Shown: in pieces, positions 62,424 through 64,000 of the stretch
Layout of the letters: the number at the start of each line of letters is the position of its first letter
How positions within the stretch are numbered: the stretch's first letter is position 1
Source: Yuukianura sp. NJ FZ-2021
Taxonomy: Eukaryota
DNA: 64,000 nt
Assembly: GCA_046563655.1 (NCBI GenBank)
Contig: CM102285.1
Coordinates: 12,834,001 to 12,898,000 of the forward strand
Direction: 5' to 3'
Translations under genes and position numbers: made by a program
Notes under the pieces: model-generated
What the model was told of the DNA's origin: nothing
Databases searched by the model: none
What the model saw: only the letters and a program-made list of their open reading frames with translations

Positions 62424-64000
62424 ACAGTCTTCATCGCAGAAACTTCACCAACGAAAACGATTTTGTGATCGACAGGATTCCAGCAAATTCTGTTCCATTT
62501 TAAAACTATCAACCTCCTCTGTTTAGGTTAGGAGTAACCATCATCAACAGTAACCATCGACGTAACCACCCCAAAAATTACGTAACCATCCCTTTTGTTT
62601 CTGCAACACTTTGATTCTTATTCAGCAGAAGTGTGACATTTGACACACGTCGACGTTGCGCCAACTGACCTCACCCAAAAGTGACAGTCAATCCATATAA
62701 ATTCTTTGACACCTCAAAGTAGGACATAGCACAACCGCAAAAACACGCCAAAATCACCAAAATTAAAATAATTATTATTCTAATTCCATCATCATTCGTG
62801 AGATTACATTTTTAGATGCTGTTTTCAGTGCAATAGTGACCTGTAAATTAACTTTGCCCCCTAACAACATCACTTCAATCAAAAAAACAGTGACCCCATT
62901 CCAAAATTCAAGGATTGAGATGACCTTTGACCTAGTTTCTTCCTCTTTCATCAAAAACTAGACGTATGTCGCTAAGACTAAAGTTGAGCTATTTAACCAA
63001 TTGTTAGGTTATGATTAAGTTTAATTTTAATCGTAATATTTCTGCTAAATTCTCTGAAATCAGTTTTCAGCGTACTACTACTTCCAGATTTTAATTAAAA
63101 ATCAAAAGTTAGTTACCTTTACTTTAATTATTTGAGTTACAAATGTTATTTAAGCAGAAAATTACAAGTTTTTACTATGAAGTTACGGTTTAGACAAAAT
63201 TAAAATTCCAAAAAAATATTTAGAACAAACAAGAAAAGTAAGCAGAATTTATCAGAATTCTAAATTTTTTTCCTTGTTGATGTTGATTTTTCTTCAATTC
63301 ATTTCATTTTTTTCTTCATTCGTCACAATTTAGTTCTCATGAGTGAATATTTCTTGCGTCAGATTTTTCTTTAAAGACTCCAAGTATTGAATTTTTGTCT
63401 AGAACAAGATTTTCTATTTCCTGCACCAACACTTCATCTTTGCTCTACGTCACTTCGTAAGTCAAGTGCATCCACAAATCCAATCATGCACGTCAGTACA
63501 CTTCCACTTTGGTGTAAAAATGATGACATAAAATTTGGACCAATCAAAATTCAAAATTTTGATTATTGCGAAACAAGGTGTGAATCAATTGTTACACTAT
63601 GGTAGTTATACTTTCACTCTTCATCGCCTTTGTGCCTCCATTGTCTTAATGGAAGAAGATTTATGAATTGTATCAAAAAGTGAACGACCTCTGACCGCAA
63701 TAGTTCTTCCCATCTCAATCTCTGTCTGCCAATATTATGCTGTGCGCGTAACGTCCTTGCAGATTTCCAATTCTCACAATTGCAATATTACAAAAAATCC
63801 TCAATAATTTTTTCAAACATAACCCCTCACAGCATCATTTTACATCTCTTCTTTTTTTTTGCATAAAACTTGAGAAAGTTTGTGATGCATATGGGTATGA
63901 TCTTTTGCAAAAAGAAAATCATGTACAGAATACGTAATCCATTTTGGGGCAATAAAAAATCAGGAAAACTAAGTTGACAACGAGAGACTTGACCTCCACT

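Noticed and set aside
1..64000. Prokaryotic systems (CRISPR arrays, operons, defence islands), rRNA/tRNA
   Set aside because: Genes are intron-split animal genes. No repeat-spacer array or recognisable structural RNA was seen.

Overview
AT-rich eukaryotic (animal) genomic DNA with many short (about 60-100 nt) GT-AG introns. It is not prokaryotic, so the six-frame ORFs are mostly exon fragments or shadow ORFs. Gene content (eyes absent with a Drosophila-like first exon, DUF4789-like protein, JHAMT-like methyltransferase) points to an arthropod, possibly a springtail-like basal hexapod (inference). Spliced gene models read by hand, in order: bifunctional PAM (+), villin-like (-) with a hAT-type MITE in one intron, two uncharacterised genes (+), DUF4789-like (-), RPGRIP1L/fantom (+), two small membrane/secreted genes (+), two RDH-like SDRs (+), a J-domain protein fused to nonapeptide beta-roll-like repeats (+), TTLL2 (+), a TQT-motif membrane protein (+), a decayed duplicate of the SDR2 3' end plus DnaJ promoter placed in front of a small CxxC..CxxC gene (+), and eyes absent (+). 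The predicted 13.7-kb first intron of eya holds a JHAMT-like methyltransferase (-) and a fungal-type alpha/beta hydrolase (+). Most interesting: the J-domain/beta-roll fusion, the candidate horizontally acquired hydrolase, the promoter-capture mosaic at 35-37 kb, and a possible RFX X-box/cilium gene neighbourhood. All homology statements come from recalled family motifs, not from database searches.
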